Assembly: GCA_963812015.1 (NCBI GenBank)
Contig: CAWETI010000003.1
Coordinates: 544,001-608,000 of the forward strand
DNA: 64,000 nt
Reading direction: 5' to 3'
Source: an uncultured delta proteobacterium
GTDB lineage: Bacteria; Desulfobacterota; Desulfobaccia; Desulfobaccales; 0-14-0-80-60-11
A model generated the notes under the pieces. It saw nothing but the letters and a program-made list of their open reading frames with translations, was not told where the DNA came from and did no database searches. Of the stretch, positions 29,521-39,587 are shown piece after piece (position 1 is the first letter of the stretch; each line of letters opens with the position of its first letter). Position numbers and translations under genes: made by a program.

Positions 29521-30899
29521 TCTCCCATGATACGGCCGATACGATTGCGGCTATATCCACTCCCCTCGGCGAGGCGGGGATCGGCATCGTCCGGCTGAGC
29601 GGCCCGACGGCCGAGGCCATCGCCCGCCGCCTGTTTCGCCCCCATCGCCCCCGTCCTTCGTTATGCTCCCACCGGCTCTATCTGGGCCACATCGTTGACC
29701 CCCAGGGTGAAATCATTGATGAGGTCATGGTCAGCCTCATGCGGGCGCCCCATACCTATACCCGGGACGACGTGGTGGAGATTAACTGCCATTCGGGCTA
29801 TGGGGTCTTGCGGCGTATCCTGGACCTGGCCCTGGCGGCCGGGGCGCGCCTGGCCCGCCCGGGGGAGTTCACCTTGAGGGCGTACCTTTCCGGGCGCATC
29901 GATTTGACCCAGGCGGAGGCCGTGCTGGAGGTCATCCAAGCCCGGACCGAAACTCACCTCCAGGTGGCGGCGGAGCACTTGCACGGCGGTCTGGGACGTC
30001 GGCTCCGCCAGGTGCGGCAAGACCTCCTGGACCTTTTGGCCCGGGTGGAGGCCGCCCTGGATTTTCCGGAAGAAGCCGGGGAATTGTCCGGCGCCGCCAT
30101 CCAGGCGAGTCTGGGGGTGCAGCAGGATTGTCTTCAGAATCTGGCCGAGACCTATGAAGCCGGGCGGCTGCTGCGGGAAGGACTGCTGGTGGTGATCGCC
30201 GGGCGCCCCAATGTGGGGAAATCCAGCCTGTTAAACCGCCTTCTGGACATGGAGCGGGCCATCGTCACCGAGATCCCCGGCACTACCCGGGATCTCGTGG
30301 AGGAGTCCATCACCCTGGGAGGCGTGATGGTGCGGTTCAGCGATACCGCGGGCCTCCGCCCGGCCCAGGACCGGGTGGAGGAGTTGGGCATCGCCCGCAC
30401 CCGGGAGCGCTTGCAGCAGGCGGATCTGGTCCTCTACCTGGTGGACGGCAGCGCCCCCCGGGCGGCGGAAGATGACGCGGCCCTGGCGGAACTGGCGGGG
30501 CGCCGGGGCCTGCTGGTGGTTAATAAGATTGACCTGCCCCAGGGCGTGGCCGACGGTGAGTTGTCGGGATTAACCGCCTGGCCTCTGACCAAAATCTCCG
30601 CCAAGACCGGCCAGGGCATAGAGACTTTGCGGGAAGCCATCGTGGCCCAGGCCCTGGGCGGCGGTCTCAAGGTGGAGGGGGAGGTCATCACCCAGGCCCG
30701 GCACCACCAGCATCTCGGGCAATGCCTATCGTATCTGGGCCAATCCCAAGGATTGCTGGCCACTTATGAAAATCCCCCCTGGGAACTGGTGGCCCTGGAA
30801 CTCGGCGCGGCCATTCATGAACTGGGGGAGATCACCGGGGAGGAAGTGGGGGAGGCCATCCTGGACCGCATCTTCGGCCAGTTCTGTTTGGGAAAATAA
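29517..30899 (+). CDS. mnmE: tRNA modification GTPase MnmE
   Basis: DTIAAISTP, GRPNVGKSS, GTTRD, DTAG, NKID, terminal FCLGK. Confidence 0.96.
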   Translation: MISHDTADTIAAISTPLGEAGIGIVRLSGPTAEAIARRLFRPHRPRPSLCSHRLYLGHIVDPQGEIIDEVMVSLMRAPHTYTRDDVVEINCHSGYGVLRRILDLALAAGARLARPGEFTLRAYLSGRIDLTQAEAVLEVIQARTETHLQVAAEHLHGGLGRRLRQVRQDLLDLLARVEAALDFPEEAGELSGAAIQASLGVQQDCLQNLAETYEAGRLLREGLLVVIAGRPNVGKSSLLNRLLDMERAIVTEIPGTTRDLVEESITLGGVMVRFSDTAGLRPAQDRVEELGIARTRERLQQADLVLYLVDGSAPRAAEDDAALAELAGRRGLLVVNKIDLPQGVADGELSGLTAWPLTKISAKTGQGIETLREAIVAQALGGGLKVEGEVITQARHHQHLGQCLSYLGQSQGLLATYENPPWELVALELGAAIHELGEITGEEVGEAILDRIFGQFCLGK

Positions 30900-30900
30900 A

Positions 30901-31020
30901 TTGGGGGAGGGGGCTAGGGGCAGAAGGCCCCTACCCCTTCCCCCAAACCCCCATCCCCAACCCCTTACAGGGGGTTGGGAGGGGAGGGCGGGGGACTTGC
31001 CGTCCCCCGGTCCTCCCCAC
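30901..31020. repeat. G/C-tract palindromic repeat, copy 4
   Basis: TTGGGGGAGGGGG...CCCCTTCCCCCAAACCCCCATCCCCAACCCCTTACAGGGGG; reverse-complement match to 16209-16344. Confidence 0.75.
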
Positions 31021-31042
31021 ACATCTCGTCAAGAAAGGCATC

Positions 31043-31717
31043 ATGGTGCCCGAAACCCCGGAAACCGATCCCCTGGCCCTGCTGACGGAAGGCGCCGCCG
31101 CCCTGGGCCTGGAACTGGCTCCCGCCACGCTGGAGCAGTTCCAGGTCTACCTGACCGAGCTCAAGCTCTGGAACGCCAAGATCAATTTAACCGGGCTGAA
31201 GACCGACCGGGACATCGTTATCAAGCACTTCCTGGACTCGTTGGCGGTGCTGCCGTTTTTGGCCGCCGCCGCCTCCCTCATGGACCTGGGCAGCGGGGCC
31301 GGCTTCCCGGGGCTGGTGTTAAAGCTGGCCCGGCCCCAGGTGGCCCTTACCCTGGTGGAGGCCCGCCAGAAAAAGGCCGCGTTTCTGGAATACCTGGCCT
31401 CCCGTTTCCGGTTGACCGGGGTGGAGGTGGTCCAGACCCACCTGACCCCCTCCCTGGCCCGGCAGTGGCAGCCGAAGGTCGCGGCGGTGGTGTCCCGGGC
31501 CGCCCTCATCCTCCCCCGCTTGCTGGAGGTGGCCTCGCCGTTGCTGGCCCCGGGGGGGGTGGTGCTGGCCCTGAAAGGGGCGCATTTGGCCGGGATTGAA
31601 CTGGAAACCGCTAAGTCCGCCTGTCCGCTGCTGGGCCTGGATCCCCTGGAACAGCACCAATACTACCTGCCCATCAGCGGCGAGCCCCGACTCCTGGTCA
31701 TGGCCCGCAAGCAGTGA
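31043..31717 (+). CDS. rsmG: 16S rRNA m7G527 methyltransferase RsmG (GidB)
   Basis: WN..INLT, HFLDSL, DLGSGAGFPG, SRA, LKG. Confidence 0.93.
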   Translation: MVPETPETDPLALLTEGAAALGLELAPATLEQFQVYLTELKLWNAKINLTGLKTDRDIVIKHFLDSLAVLPFLAAAASLMDLGSGAGFPGLVLKLARPQVALTLVEARQKKAAFLEYLASRFRLTGVEVVQTHLTPSLARQWQPKVAAVVSRAALILPRLLEVASPLLAPGGVVLALKGAHLAGIELETAKSACPLLGLDPLEQHQYYLPISGEPRLLVMARKQ

Positions 31718-31766
31718 GGCAAAACTGCATGGGCGCGGCGTCGAAAATTATCTTGCCTTCCCCGGG

Positions 31767-31796
31767 GTGACTTTATACCCTGTAATTGGGTATAAT
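31767..31796 (+). promoter_or_regulatory. Sigma70-like promoter overlapped by a perfect palindrome
   Basis: GTGACT-18-TATAAT; TTATACCC-N7-GGGTATAA at 31773-31795. Confidence 0.55.
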
Positions 31797-31803
31797 AGCA
31801 TTA

Positions 31804-31951
31804 AGTCAGCCATACAGGCAGGTCCGGCAGGTTCGGTTGACCGGCGATGAAATTGCATCCCCCCAAGATAAAACCGTTCTTCGTGACCACCCGGGATAGG
31901 GGATAGATGGCTCCGTAGGAGGGACCACCCGACGGGTGGCCTCCACTGACT
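31804..31951 (+). ncRNA. Candidate structured RNA (unassigned leader or sRNA)
   Basis: Five nested complementary segments beginning at the expected transcription start; see findings. Confidence 0.45.
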
Positions 31952-31977
31952 CGTAACCGTAACCATACCGGAACATT

Positions 31978-33558
31978 ATGTCTTTCATTTCCTGGCAGTA
32001 TTTCCTATTTCTTCCGATCATCATCATCTCCTACTGGCTCCTGCCGGCCAGACGGCGGCTGCTGTTGTTGCTGGCGGGCAGCTATTTCTTCTACGCCTGT
32101 TGGGACGTCAGGTTCCTGGCCCTGGTGCTGGCCACCACGGTCATCGACTACAATTGCGGCCTGGCCATCGCCGGCCGGAAAAATGGACCCTGGCCGGCCC
32201 TGGGTTTATCCCTGTTGCCCGGGGCCTGGTTACTGGGGTGTTATGTCGGGCTCCCCGCCTCGGACATTTCTCAGTCTCTCTTATTGATCAGCGCCGCCGT
32301 GGGCCTGGCGTTTTTCGGGGCCCATGAAGCCATCGGGCTCCTGGCCGAGGACCGGCGCGCCAGGTATTACCTGATTCTCAGCGTAGTCTTTTGCCTGACC
32401 ATTTTAGGGTTCTTTAAATATTTCAATTTTTTTGTCGGATCATTCACCTCGCTCCTGGGGGGGGTGGGGTTCAAAGCCGATTGGGCCCTGCTGAAAATCA
32501 TTCTGCCCGTGGGCATCTCCTTTTACACCTTCCAATCCCTGGGCTACGTCATTGATATCTATCGGGGCCAGAGCCCCCCATGTTCGGATCTTCTCACCTT
32601 TGCCACCTTTGACGCCTTTTTTCCCCAGATGGTCTCGGGGCCCATCGAACGGGGCAAGAACCTCATCCCCCAGCTTGAGAACGGGGCCAGTTTCCGGGAT
32701 TCGCATCTTCAGGACGGCCTGCGCTTGATCCTGGTGGGGTTCTTCAAGAAAATCTTCGTGGCCGATAATTGCGCCCTTTTGGCCAATTACGCCTTTAATC
32801 CCCAAACCACCCTCAACGGCTACTGGGCGGTGATCGGGGTGGTGGCCTTCGCCTTTCAGATCTACAGTGATTTCTCGGGGTATACCGATATCGCCAGGGG
32901 GTCCGCCAAACTGTTGGGGATCGATCTCATGGAAAATTTCCGGTTCCCCTATTTTTCCCGGACTCCCTCGGAATTTTGGGGCAGGTGGCACATTTCCCTG
33001 TCCACCTGGTTCCGGGATTACCTGTATATCCCTTTGGGGGGCAATCGCGGCGCCAGGTGGGAGACTTTGCGGAATCTGGCCATTGTCATGGTCTTAGCCG
33101 GTCTGTGGCACGGCGCCAACTGGGTTTTTGTCCTGTGGGGGGCGTATCATGGGGCCCTGCTCATTCTCTACCGGGTGCTGCCGCCGTTCAATCGCCTGTC
33201 GGGCCAAGACGGGGCCTGGACCTGGCGGGACGTCGCCGCGGTGCCCCTGATGCTGGTCTTTACCCTGGTGGGCTGGGCTATTTTTCGCAGCCCCAGCGTC
33301 GCGCATCTGGGCGCCTGGTTCGGGGCGTTGGGCAACTGGGACGCCTCAGCGGGACTCTCCTGGGAATCCTCCTCCCTCTGGCTGCTGATCCATATCCTCC
33401 CCTTGATCCTGCTGCAAGTCCTGGCCTGGAAATACCGGGATGAAGCCACGCTCACACACGTTCCCTGGCTGGCCCGGGGTCTGGTTTATACCGTGATGAT
33501 CCTGTTGATCGTCTCCTCGGGGGAGCAGGATAAAGAATTTATCTATTTTCAGTTCTGA
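31978..33558 (+). CDS. MBOAT-family O-acyltransferase (AlgI/PatA/DltB-like)
   Basis: LGFFKYFNF, LPVGISFYTFQ, SGPIER, DFSGYTD, FWGRWHISLSTW, GLWHGA. Confidence 0.92.
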   Translation: MSFISWQYFLFLPIIIISYWLLPARRRLLLLLAGSYFFYACWDVRFLALVLATTVIDYNCGLAIAGRKNGPWPALGLSLLPGAWLLGCYVGLPASDISQSLLLISAAVGLAFFGAHEAIGLLAEDRRARYYLILSVVFCLTILGFFKYFNFFVGSFTSLLGGVGFKADWALLKIILPVGISFYTFQSLGYVIDIYRGQSPPCSDLLTFATFDAFFPQMVSGPIERGKNLIPQLENGASFRDSHLQDGLRLILVGFFKKIFVADNCALLANYAFNPQTTLNGYWAVIGVVAFAFQIYSDFSGYTDIARGSAKLLGIDLMENFRFPYFSRTPSEFWGRWHISLSTWFRDYLYIPLGGNRGARWETLRNLAIVMVLAGLWHGANWVFVLWGAYHGALLILYRVLPPFNRLSGQDGAWTWRDVAAVPLMLVFTLVGWAIFRSPSVAHLGAWFGALGNWDASAGLSWESSSLWLLIHILPLILLQVLAWKYRDEATLTHVPWLARGLVYTVMILLIVSSGEQDKEFIYFQF

Positions 33559-34634
33559 TGAAACGGCTAATCACTCCCGCCTGCCTTGTGGTAATCTGCC
33601 TGTTGGGCCTGGCCGAACTGGGCGCCCGGCTCTTTTTTGCCCAGGATATTTCGGGGCGCTTCGACTACGGCTACAATCCCCAGGCCGGTTTTGCGGAGCA
33701 TGGCGACGGCACGGTGGAACTCTTCCGGGCGGGGGGACGCCGGTTCTACCCCCAGACGTTTGAGCGTCACCGGCCGCCGGGGGTGTTTCGCATCTTCGTC
33801 ATCGGCGACTCCGTGCCCCGGGGCCCCAACCTGAAAGGGGCCTATCCCTGGCTCCTGGGGGCGGAATTGGAGCAGCATGACCTTAGGGCCGAGTCCATCA
33901 ACCTGGCCGTGCCCGGCTACGGGCCCCGCCGCTGTCAGATCGTGCTCAAGAAGGCCCTGGAGTATGACCCCAGTCTCATCATCTTGCATCTGGACGACTA
34001 CAATAAGTGGGAGGATGAGCGGGAGTGGCGGCGCAGCCAGGAATTCCAGGGGTGGCACCCCCGGCACTGGCTGATGAAGAGTTTCATATTCCGGCGGCTC
34101 TATGAAGCTAAAATGGAGAAGATCTTCTGGACCCTGGTGCCCGAGGAGATCCGTCTGAGATACGCCGCCAACGACGTTGACGCCCAGGTGGCCGCCGGGG
34201 CCGACCCCAAGGAAATTGCGGCCCGGATCAAATTGGCCTATGACACCGCGGTGGAAAATGTCGCCATGGTGCGAGCCCGGCATATTCCCATCATCATCGT
34301 TACCCAGTGTCGGCTGGAGGAAGACGCCCGCCACCGCATCTCCCTCACCGACCACGGTCTGGATGCCCTGGGGGAATCCCTGGCAGGTCCCGGGGTCTAC
34401 CACGTTTCCATGAAAGAAGTTTTGTCCGGTCAGGACATCAAGCAAATCTTTACCAACTTCAGCGGCCACATGCACCAGGAAGGCCATCAGCTCCTGGCCC
34501 GGGCCCTTGGCGCCAAAATCGAGACGGAACGAGCCGCCGGAAGAATGCCGGGGCCTAAAGTCGCCGTGGCGGAAAAGCCCCGGGAGGCGAAGGCTTCCAG
34601 CCCGGCCGTCCCAACCGTCCTGCTGAACCCGTAA
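33558..34634 (+). CDS. SGNH-family protein, probable extracytoplasmic O-acyltransferase partner of the MBOAT
   Basis: IGDSV, NLAVPGYG, C-terminal H(M)..GH; coupled to the MBOAT stop. Confidence 0.7.
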   Translation: MKRLITPACLVVICLLGLAELGARLFFAQDISGRFDYGYNPQAGFAEHGDGTVELFRAGGRRFYPQTFERHRPPGVFRIFVIGDSVPRGPNLKGAYPWLLGAELEQHDLRAESINLAVPGYGPRRCQIVLKKALEYDPSLIILHLDDYNKWEDEREWRRSQEFQGWHPRHWLMKSFIFRRLYEAKMEKIFWTLVPEEIRLRYAANDVDAQVAAGADPKEIAARIKLAYDTAVENVAMVRARHIPIIIVTQCRLEEDARHRISLTDHGLDALGESLAGPGVYHVSMKEVLSGQDIKQIFTNFSGHMHQEGHQLLARALGAKIETERAAGRMPGPKVAVAEKPREAKASSPAVPTVLLNP

Positions 34635-34704
34635 CCGACATTGCCGGCTGCTGAGCTTCAAGATCAGAGGCGCGTGAGAGAGGCGGAACCCTCAGAGGAG
34701 ACTC

Positions 34705-35622
34705 ATGGAACAGGTTTTGGGAATGATTTACGGTCTGGCGTTGGGAGATGCCCTGGGGGCGCCGGTGGAATTCTGGGAATTGAAGGGGATCCGGGAACGC
34801 TATGGTCCGGGCGGCATCCAGGAGCTTCCGGAGCCGGCCTTATTCACCGATGACACCCAGATGAGCCTGGCGGTGGCCGAGGCCCTGGTGGCGGCGGGGC
34901 ATCAGGACCTGGGCGCTATCATGACGGCCATATCCCAAGAGTTTGTCGCCTGGCTGCGGTCTCCGGAGAATGACCGCTCCCCGGGGGGGTCCTGCCTCTA
35001 TGGGGCCCGGCAACTGGAGGCGGGGGTGCCCTGGTGGAAAAGCGGCAAGCCCAATACCAAGGGCTGCGGGGCGGCCATGCGGGTGGCTCCCATCGGCTAC
35101 CTCTATCAGCATGACCTGCCCAAGTTGCGCCAGGTGGCGGCGGCTTCGGCCCTAGCCACCCACCATCATCCCACTGCCCAATTGGGGGCCGTGGCCGCGG
35201 CCTTTCTGGTCAAACTGGCCCTGGACCGCATCCCCCCGGATGAGATGCTCCCGACCCTGGAGCTGGAAACCCACGGACAGGTCCAGGAATTCGACCAGAC
35301 CCTGGCGCGACTGGAAGAGGCCCTGGAGATGACCTCCCCGGACGCGGCCCTGGCTCATATCGGCGAAGGCTGGGTGGTGGAGGAAGCCGTCATGATGGCC
35401 CTCTATTGTTTCCTTAAATCGCCGGATGACTTTCTGGCCACAATTCGTCAGGGGGCCAACACCCAGGGGGATTCGGACTCCATCGCCTGTATCGCCGGCG
35501 GCATCAGCGGCGCCTACCTGGGCATCCGGGCCCTGCCGCCGGAATGGGTGGAGCGCCTGGAAAAGTCCGCTTACCTGGCGGATGTCGCCCGACGTCTGGC
35601 GGCGGTGAAAGGGCGGGAATGA
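34705..35622 (+). CDS. ADP-ribosylglycohydrolase (DraG-like)
   Basis: GDALGAPVEF, TDDT, GCGAAMR, GDSDS. Confidence 0.9.
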   Translation: MEQVLGMIYGLALGDALGAPVEFWELKGIRERYGPGGIQELPEPALFTDDTQMSLAVAEALVAAGHQDLGAIMTAISQEFVAWLRSPENDRSPGGSCLYGARQLEAGVPWWKSGKPNTKGCGAAMRVAPIGYLYQHDLPKLRQVAAASALATHHHPTAQLGAVAAAFLVKLALDRIPPDEMLPTLELETHGQVQEFDQTLARLEEALEMTSPDAALAHIGEGWVVEEAVMMALYCFLKSPDDFLATIRQGANTQGDSDSIACIAGGISGAYLGIRALPPEWVERLEKSAYLADVARRLAAVKGRE

Positions 35623-36437
35623 AGGCGGGGTCTTTTCGAGATAACATCTTCATGAAGATAATGACGGGATTGGTTGTATTGGCGCTCCTGGGGGGGCTCG
35701 GGGTCCGGGTCGGTGGGGTCGAGGCCGCGGAGAGTTGCGCGGACGCCCGGCAGGCCATGGTAGCCCGGCAACTGCAACGCCGGGACATCACCGACCCCCG
35801 GGTATTGATCGCCATGGGCACGGTGCCCCGGCACCGCTTCGTACCCGGGGCCATGGCGTCCCAGGCCTATGGCGACCATCCCCTGCCCATCGGGGAAGGT
35901 CAGACCATCTCCCAGCCCTATATCGTGGCCTTGATGACCCAATGGGCCGAAGTGCACCCCCAAGACAAGGTGCTGGAGGTGGGGACGGGTTCAGGGTATC
36001 AGGCCGCGGTCCTGGCTGAGCTTGCCGAACAGGTCCTGAGCATCGAACTCCGCCCGGAACTGGCCCGGCAGGCCGCGGCGCGCCTCAACGAGTTGGGCTA
36101 CGGGCGGGTGCGGGTGAAAAGCGGCGACGGCTACCAGGGCTGGCCGGAGGAAGCCCCCTTTGACGCCATCCTGGTCACCGCGGCTGCGCCCCGGGTGCCT
36201 CCGGCCCTGGCGGCGCAGCTTAAAGAGGGTGGTCGCCTGGTGATTCCCCTGGGGGCGGCCTATGGGGGCCAAACCCTGGTGCGCTGGCGGAAAGTGCAGG
36301 GGAACCTGGTGGAGGAGGCTTCCCTGCCGGTGAGGTTTGTGCCCCTGGTGAGCCCCCCGGTCCTGAAGGGGATGCCCGGGGAGACCCCGCCGGAGGCCCC
36401 GGGACCGAGCCCAATTCCCGGGGTAACGACGCGCTAA
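35619..36437 (+). CDS. pcm: Second protein-L-isoaspartate O-methyltransferase with a signal-peptide-like N-terminus
   Basis: QTISQPY, VLEVGTGSGYQAA, VRFVPL; ATGA overlap at 35619 (alternative ATG 35652). Confidence 0.88.
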   Translation: MKAGSFRDNIFMKIMTGLVVLALLGGLGVRVGGVEAAESCADARQAMVARQLQRRDITDPRVLIAMGTVPRHRFVPGAMASQAYGDHPLPIGEGQTISQPYIVALMTQWAEVHPQDKVLEVGTGSGYQAAVLAELAEQVLSIELRPELARQAAARLNELGYGRVRVKSGDGYQGWPEEAPFDAILVTAAAPRVPPALAAQLKEGGRLVIPLGAAYGGQTLVRWRKVQGNLVEEASLPVRFVPLVSPPVLKGMPGETPPEAPGPSPIPGVTTR

Positions 36438-36897
36438 GGGGAGGCTTGTCTCGATCCCCGGTTTCTGTAATGTCCCCTGCCAAAAGCGCCCATCTCGTTA
36501 TTCAGATCATATCTTTAATTTTTTCGGGTCTGATGATAAGGGCGTATAGTGACAAGATATACCGCAGTCAGACCACACCAGGTTCCCCTGCCATGCCGGT
36601 GGGATATGTGCTTGGGGCCACAGACTTACCTAAGTTACAATACTTCCAGGCGCTCCTGGATTGGGGGTTCATAAGCCGGTGCCACACCCAGAATATGTGA
36701 ACCAGGGGGGGGGTATGAACCCGTAAAAAATTAACTTTTGATGAAAATTTGTGATAGCTTGCTTTTGGTAAGACGATTTGGCTACAAAAAGAAGAGCTTT
36801 CCCGGAAATAAACCCTTGATATAATATCCCCAAAACCATTTTTCGATTGCGGGGCCGAGGCGGCCGCATAATCTGAGCTAACTGCTATCCGAACACA

Positions 36898-38471
36898 ATG
36901 GAGTCAATCATAAGAGTCCTGCTAATAAATCCTGAGTTTCCCCCATCCTTTTGGTCACTTGCCGAAGCTTCTAATTTTATGGGTCGCAAGACCCTGCTGC
37001 CGCCCCTGGGGCTCCTGACCGTGGCTGCGCTCTTGCCGCAAGAATGGGAATTCCGCCTGGCAGACCTGAACCTCGGCCCCCTCACTGCGGCATCCTGGCA
37101 GTGGGCCGACCTGGTGATGATCACCGGCATGATCATTCAGCGGGAGGGGATTTTAAGTCTGGTGCGGCAGGCAAAAGAGCAGGGAAAAACCGTAATAGTG
37201 GGGGGCCCCTGTGCTACCTCTCTGCCCCAGGATATGCTGGACGCCGGGGCCGATTTTGTGGTGCGGGGCGAGGGGGAAACCACCATCCCCCGCCTGTTGG
37301 CGGCCCTTCGCGCAGGGCAACCGGGAGGGGTGATTAAAGAAGACGGCAAGCCGAAGATGACCATCTCGCCGGTGCCCCGGTTTGATCTGATCACGCTTGA
37401 CGACTATGTCGCCATCGGCATTCAGACCTCCCGGGGCTGTCCCTTTGACTGCGAATTCTGCGATATCGTCAGCCTCTACGGCCGCACCCCCCGCTACAAA
37501 GATCCCGGCCAGGTCGTTGCCGAACTGGAAACCCTGTACCATCTGGGCTGGCGCGGGGTGGTGTTCATCAGTGATGACAATTTCATCGGTAACCAGGATC
37601 ATGCCCGGGCCATTCTGAACCGGTTGATCCCCTGGATGGAGGGCCACGGGGAGCCCTTCTGTTTCTGGACCCAGGCCTCCATGAACCTGGGGCAGGATCG
37701 GGAGATGATCGACCTTTTGACCGCCGCCAACTTCGCCTACGTCTTTTTGGGAGTGGAAACGCCTGAACCTGACATCCTGCGCGCCGCCGGCAAGTATCAA
37801 AATTTGCGCAATCCCTTGAAGGATTCCCTGGCGGCCATCAACGCCAACGGCCTCAACATGATCGCCAGCTTCATCATCGGTTTCGATGGGGAGCAGAGTG
37901 GCGCCGTGGACCGCATCGCGGAGTTCGTGGAAGAGCTCGCCATCCCTATCATAATGATAAACATCTTGCAGCCTCTCCCCAACACCAGGCTATGGAACCG
38001 GTTGGAAAAGGAAGGCCGGCTGCTCTATGGCAAGACCAGCGGCGACTTTTATGGGATGGGATTCAATTACCTACCCACCCGCCCCCAGGAAGAGATCTTG
38101 GGGGAATTCGTCCGGGGCCTTGACCGCCTCTACGAACCTTCCCGGTATCTGGCCCGGGCTTACCGTTACTTTCTGACTATGCGGCCCACCCGCCGGGCCC
38201 TGGCCCGGCAGGCCGGGGAAAATGCCCCCGCCCCCCCCAGACCCCCAAGAAACCGCCCTCTCCCCATCGCCTCAGTGAAGCATTAGCTCAATTAATGCGC
38301 CTGATCTGGCGCCAGGGGATTCGGCCCGGTTATCGCTGGCAGTTCTGGAGACAGGTCCTGGGGATTTACCGTCAGAACCCGAGCCGCCTGAAGCCCTATC
38401 TCATTTGTTGCAGCATGGGTGAAGATTTATTTGCCCTCAGGCGAGATATTCTGAAGAAGTGGCATGGCTGA
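36898..38471 (+). pseudogene. B12-binding radical SAM protein (DUF4070-type) with a frameshift near 38231-38246
   Basis: SRGCPFDCEFC; the ORF stops at 38286 but the -1 frame continues LMRLIWRQGIR..RWQFWRQ..NPSRL to TGA 38471. Confidence 0.8.
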
Positions 38472-38825
38472 TTACCCTGCCGCCTCGCAATCGCCGGTCC
38501 CCGGTGTCCCAGCCGAGGTTATAATTAGGACCTGAGGGGCCGGCTCAGGTTTTCTGAACGCAGGGGCTTTGGCAAGACCAGGCGTAGCTCTCAGAAATCC
38601 TCTGACCCGAGCCATTAGCCGGGCAAACATCTCGGCATACTCCCGAGTATGGTCGTTGTCGCTCTGGAGATGGGCAATTTCGTGGCACCAGTCGGTATCC
38701 GGCAGGCTAAAAGCTGATGGACCGGCGCCGGTGGTCCGCTTCCGTCATTCGGCTACGAATGACTGATCACTGCTATATATACGCAGGGTTAACTCACCAT
38801 AAGAATTATTCGATAGGATTACCAT
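38472..38825 (-). pseudogene. Small HExxH zinc-metalloprotease-like ORF interrupted by one in-frame TGA
   Basis: GGAAGG RBS and ATG 38825; TGA at 38745-38747; then CHEIAHL..DNDHTREY; the stop abuts the radical SAM stop. Confidence 0.5.
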
Positions 38826-38854
38826 AGCACACCTTCCGCAATATCCTAAAATGC

Positions 38855-39514
38855 TTATAAAAACTTCCGAATGAACGCCGCCACCGCAGGTTTGCCCCGA
38901 TAAATCCCGTAATGCCCTTCGCACAGCACGTCGGCTGCGAGGGAAAGCAGCAATTCCAGGGAGCGCCGGTAGGCTTCGGCATCGGACCGCAAGTCCGGAT
39001 GCAGGGGGCCATGGACATCCTGGGCGAACAGGATCTTCAGCCCCTGGGATTCGGTGAGATAGACCACTGATCCCGGGGAATGCCCGGGAGTGTGGATGGC
39101 CTCAATGATCCGGCCCCCCAACGCAATCTCGGTTCGAGCCCCGGCAAGTTTGAGGTCAACCGGGCAGGGCGGCAGAGTCGCCCCGTACCAGGTGGCGGCC
39201 GTTACCGTGGCATCGCCCTGCTCCAGGAACGGCGCTTCCAGGGCATGGGCCACCACCTGGCAGGGCAGCAGGTCCTTCAGGGCCCTGGCGCCCCCGGTGT
39301 GGTCGAAGTGGCAGTGGGTGAGAAGCAGGTATTCTATCTGCTTCGGCTCGACCCCCGAGGCCCGAATATTGGCGAGCAGACGCGGCTGGGCCCGGCCGCA
39401 GCCGGCGTCCACCAACGCTGCGTGGCCGCTAAAATTGATGAGATAGATGGCGGCATCCTCAGGGGCGGTAAGTTGCGCCCCGCCCACCTGATGGATTTCC
39501 CCGGTTATACGCAT
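38855..39514 (-). CDS. Metallo-beta-lactamase-fold hydrolase
   Basis: THCHFDH, HTPGHSPGS, EGH. Confidence 0.9.
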   Translation of the reverse strand: MRITGEIHQVGGAQLTAPEDAAIYLINFSGHAALVDAGCGRAQPRLLANIRASGVEPKQIEYLLLTHCHFDHTGGARALKDLLPCQVVAHALEAPFLEQGDATVTAATWYGATLPPCPVDLKLAGARTEIALGGRIIEAIHTPGHSPGSVVYLTESQGLKILFAQDVHGPLHPDLRSDAEAYRRSLELLLSLAADVLCEGHYGIYRGKPAVAAFIRKFL

Positions 39515-39587
39515 AGCCTCCCCTCAGCCCCGGACTGCTCCCCCTTACACCCCACCTGTCCCCGGTGAAATAGGGCGGGCCAGGCGG

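Noticed and set aside
31819..31836. SRP RNA helix-8-like CAGGTCCGGCAGG
   Set aside because: Lacks the AGCAG opposite strand and the long SRP hairpin; kept only as an unassigned RNA candidate
36440..36890. AT-richer spacer with several short ORFs
   Set aside because: No motif, RBS or codon bias supports a gene; no repeat or RNA structure recognised
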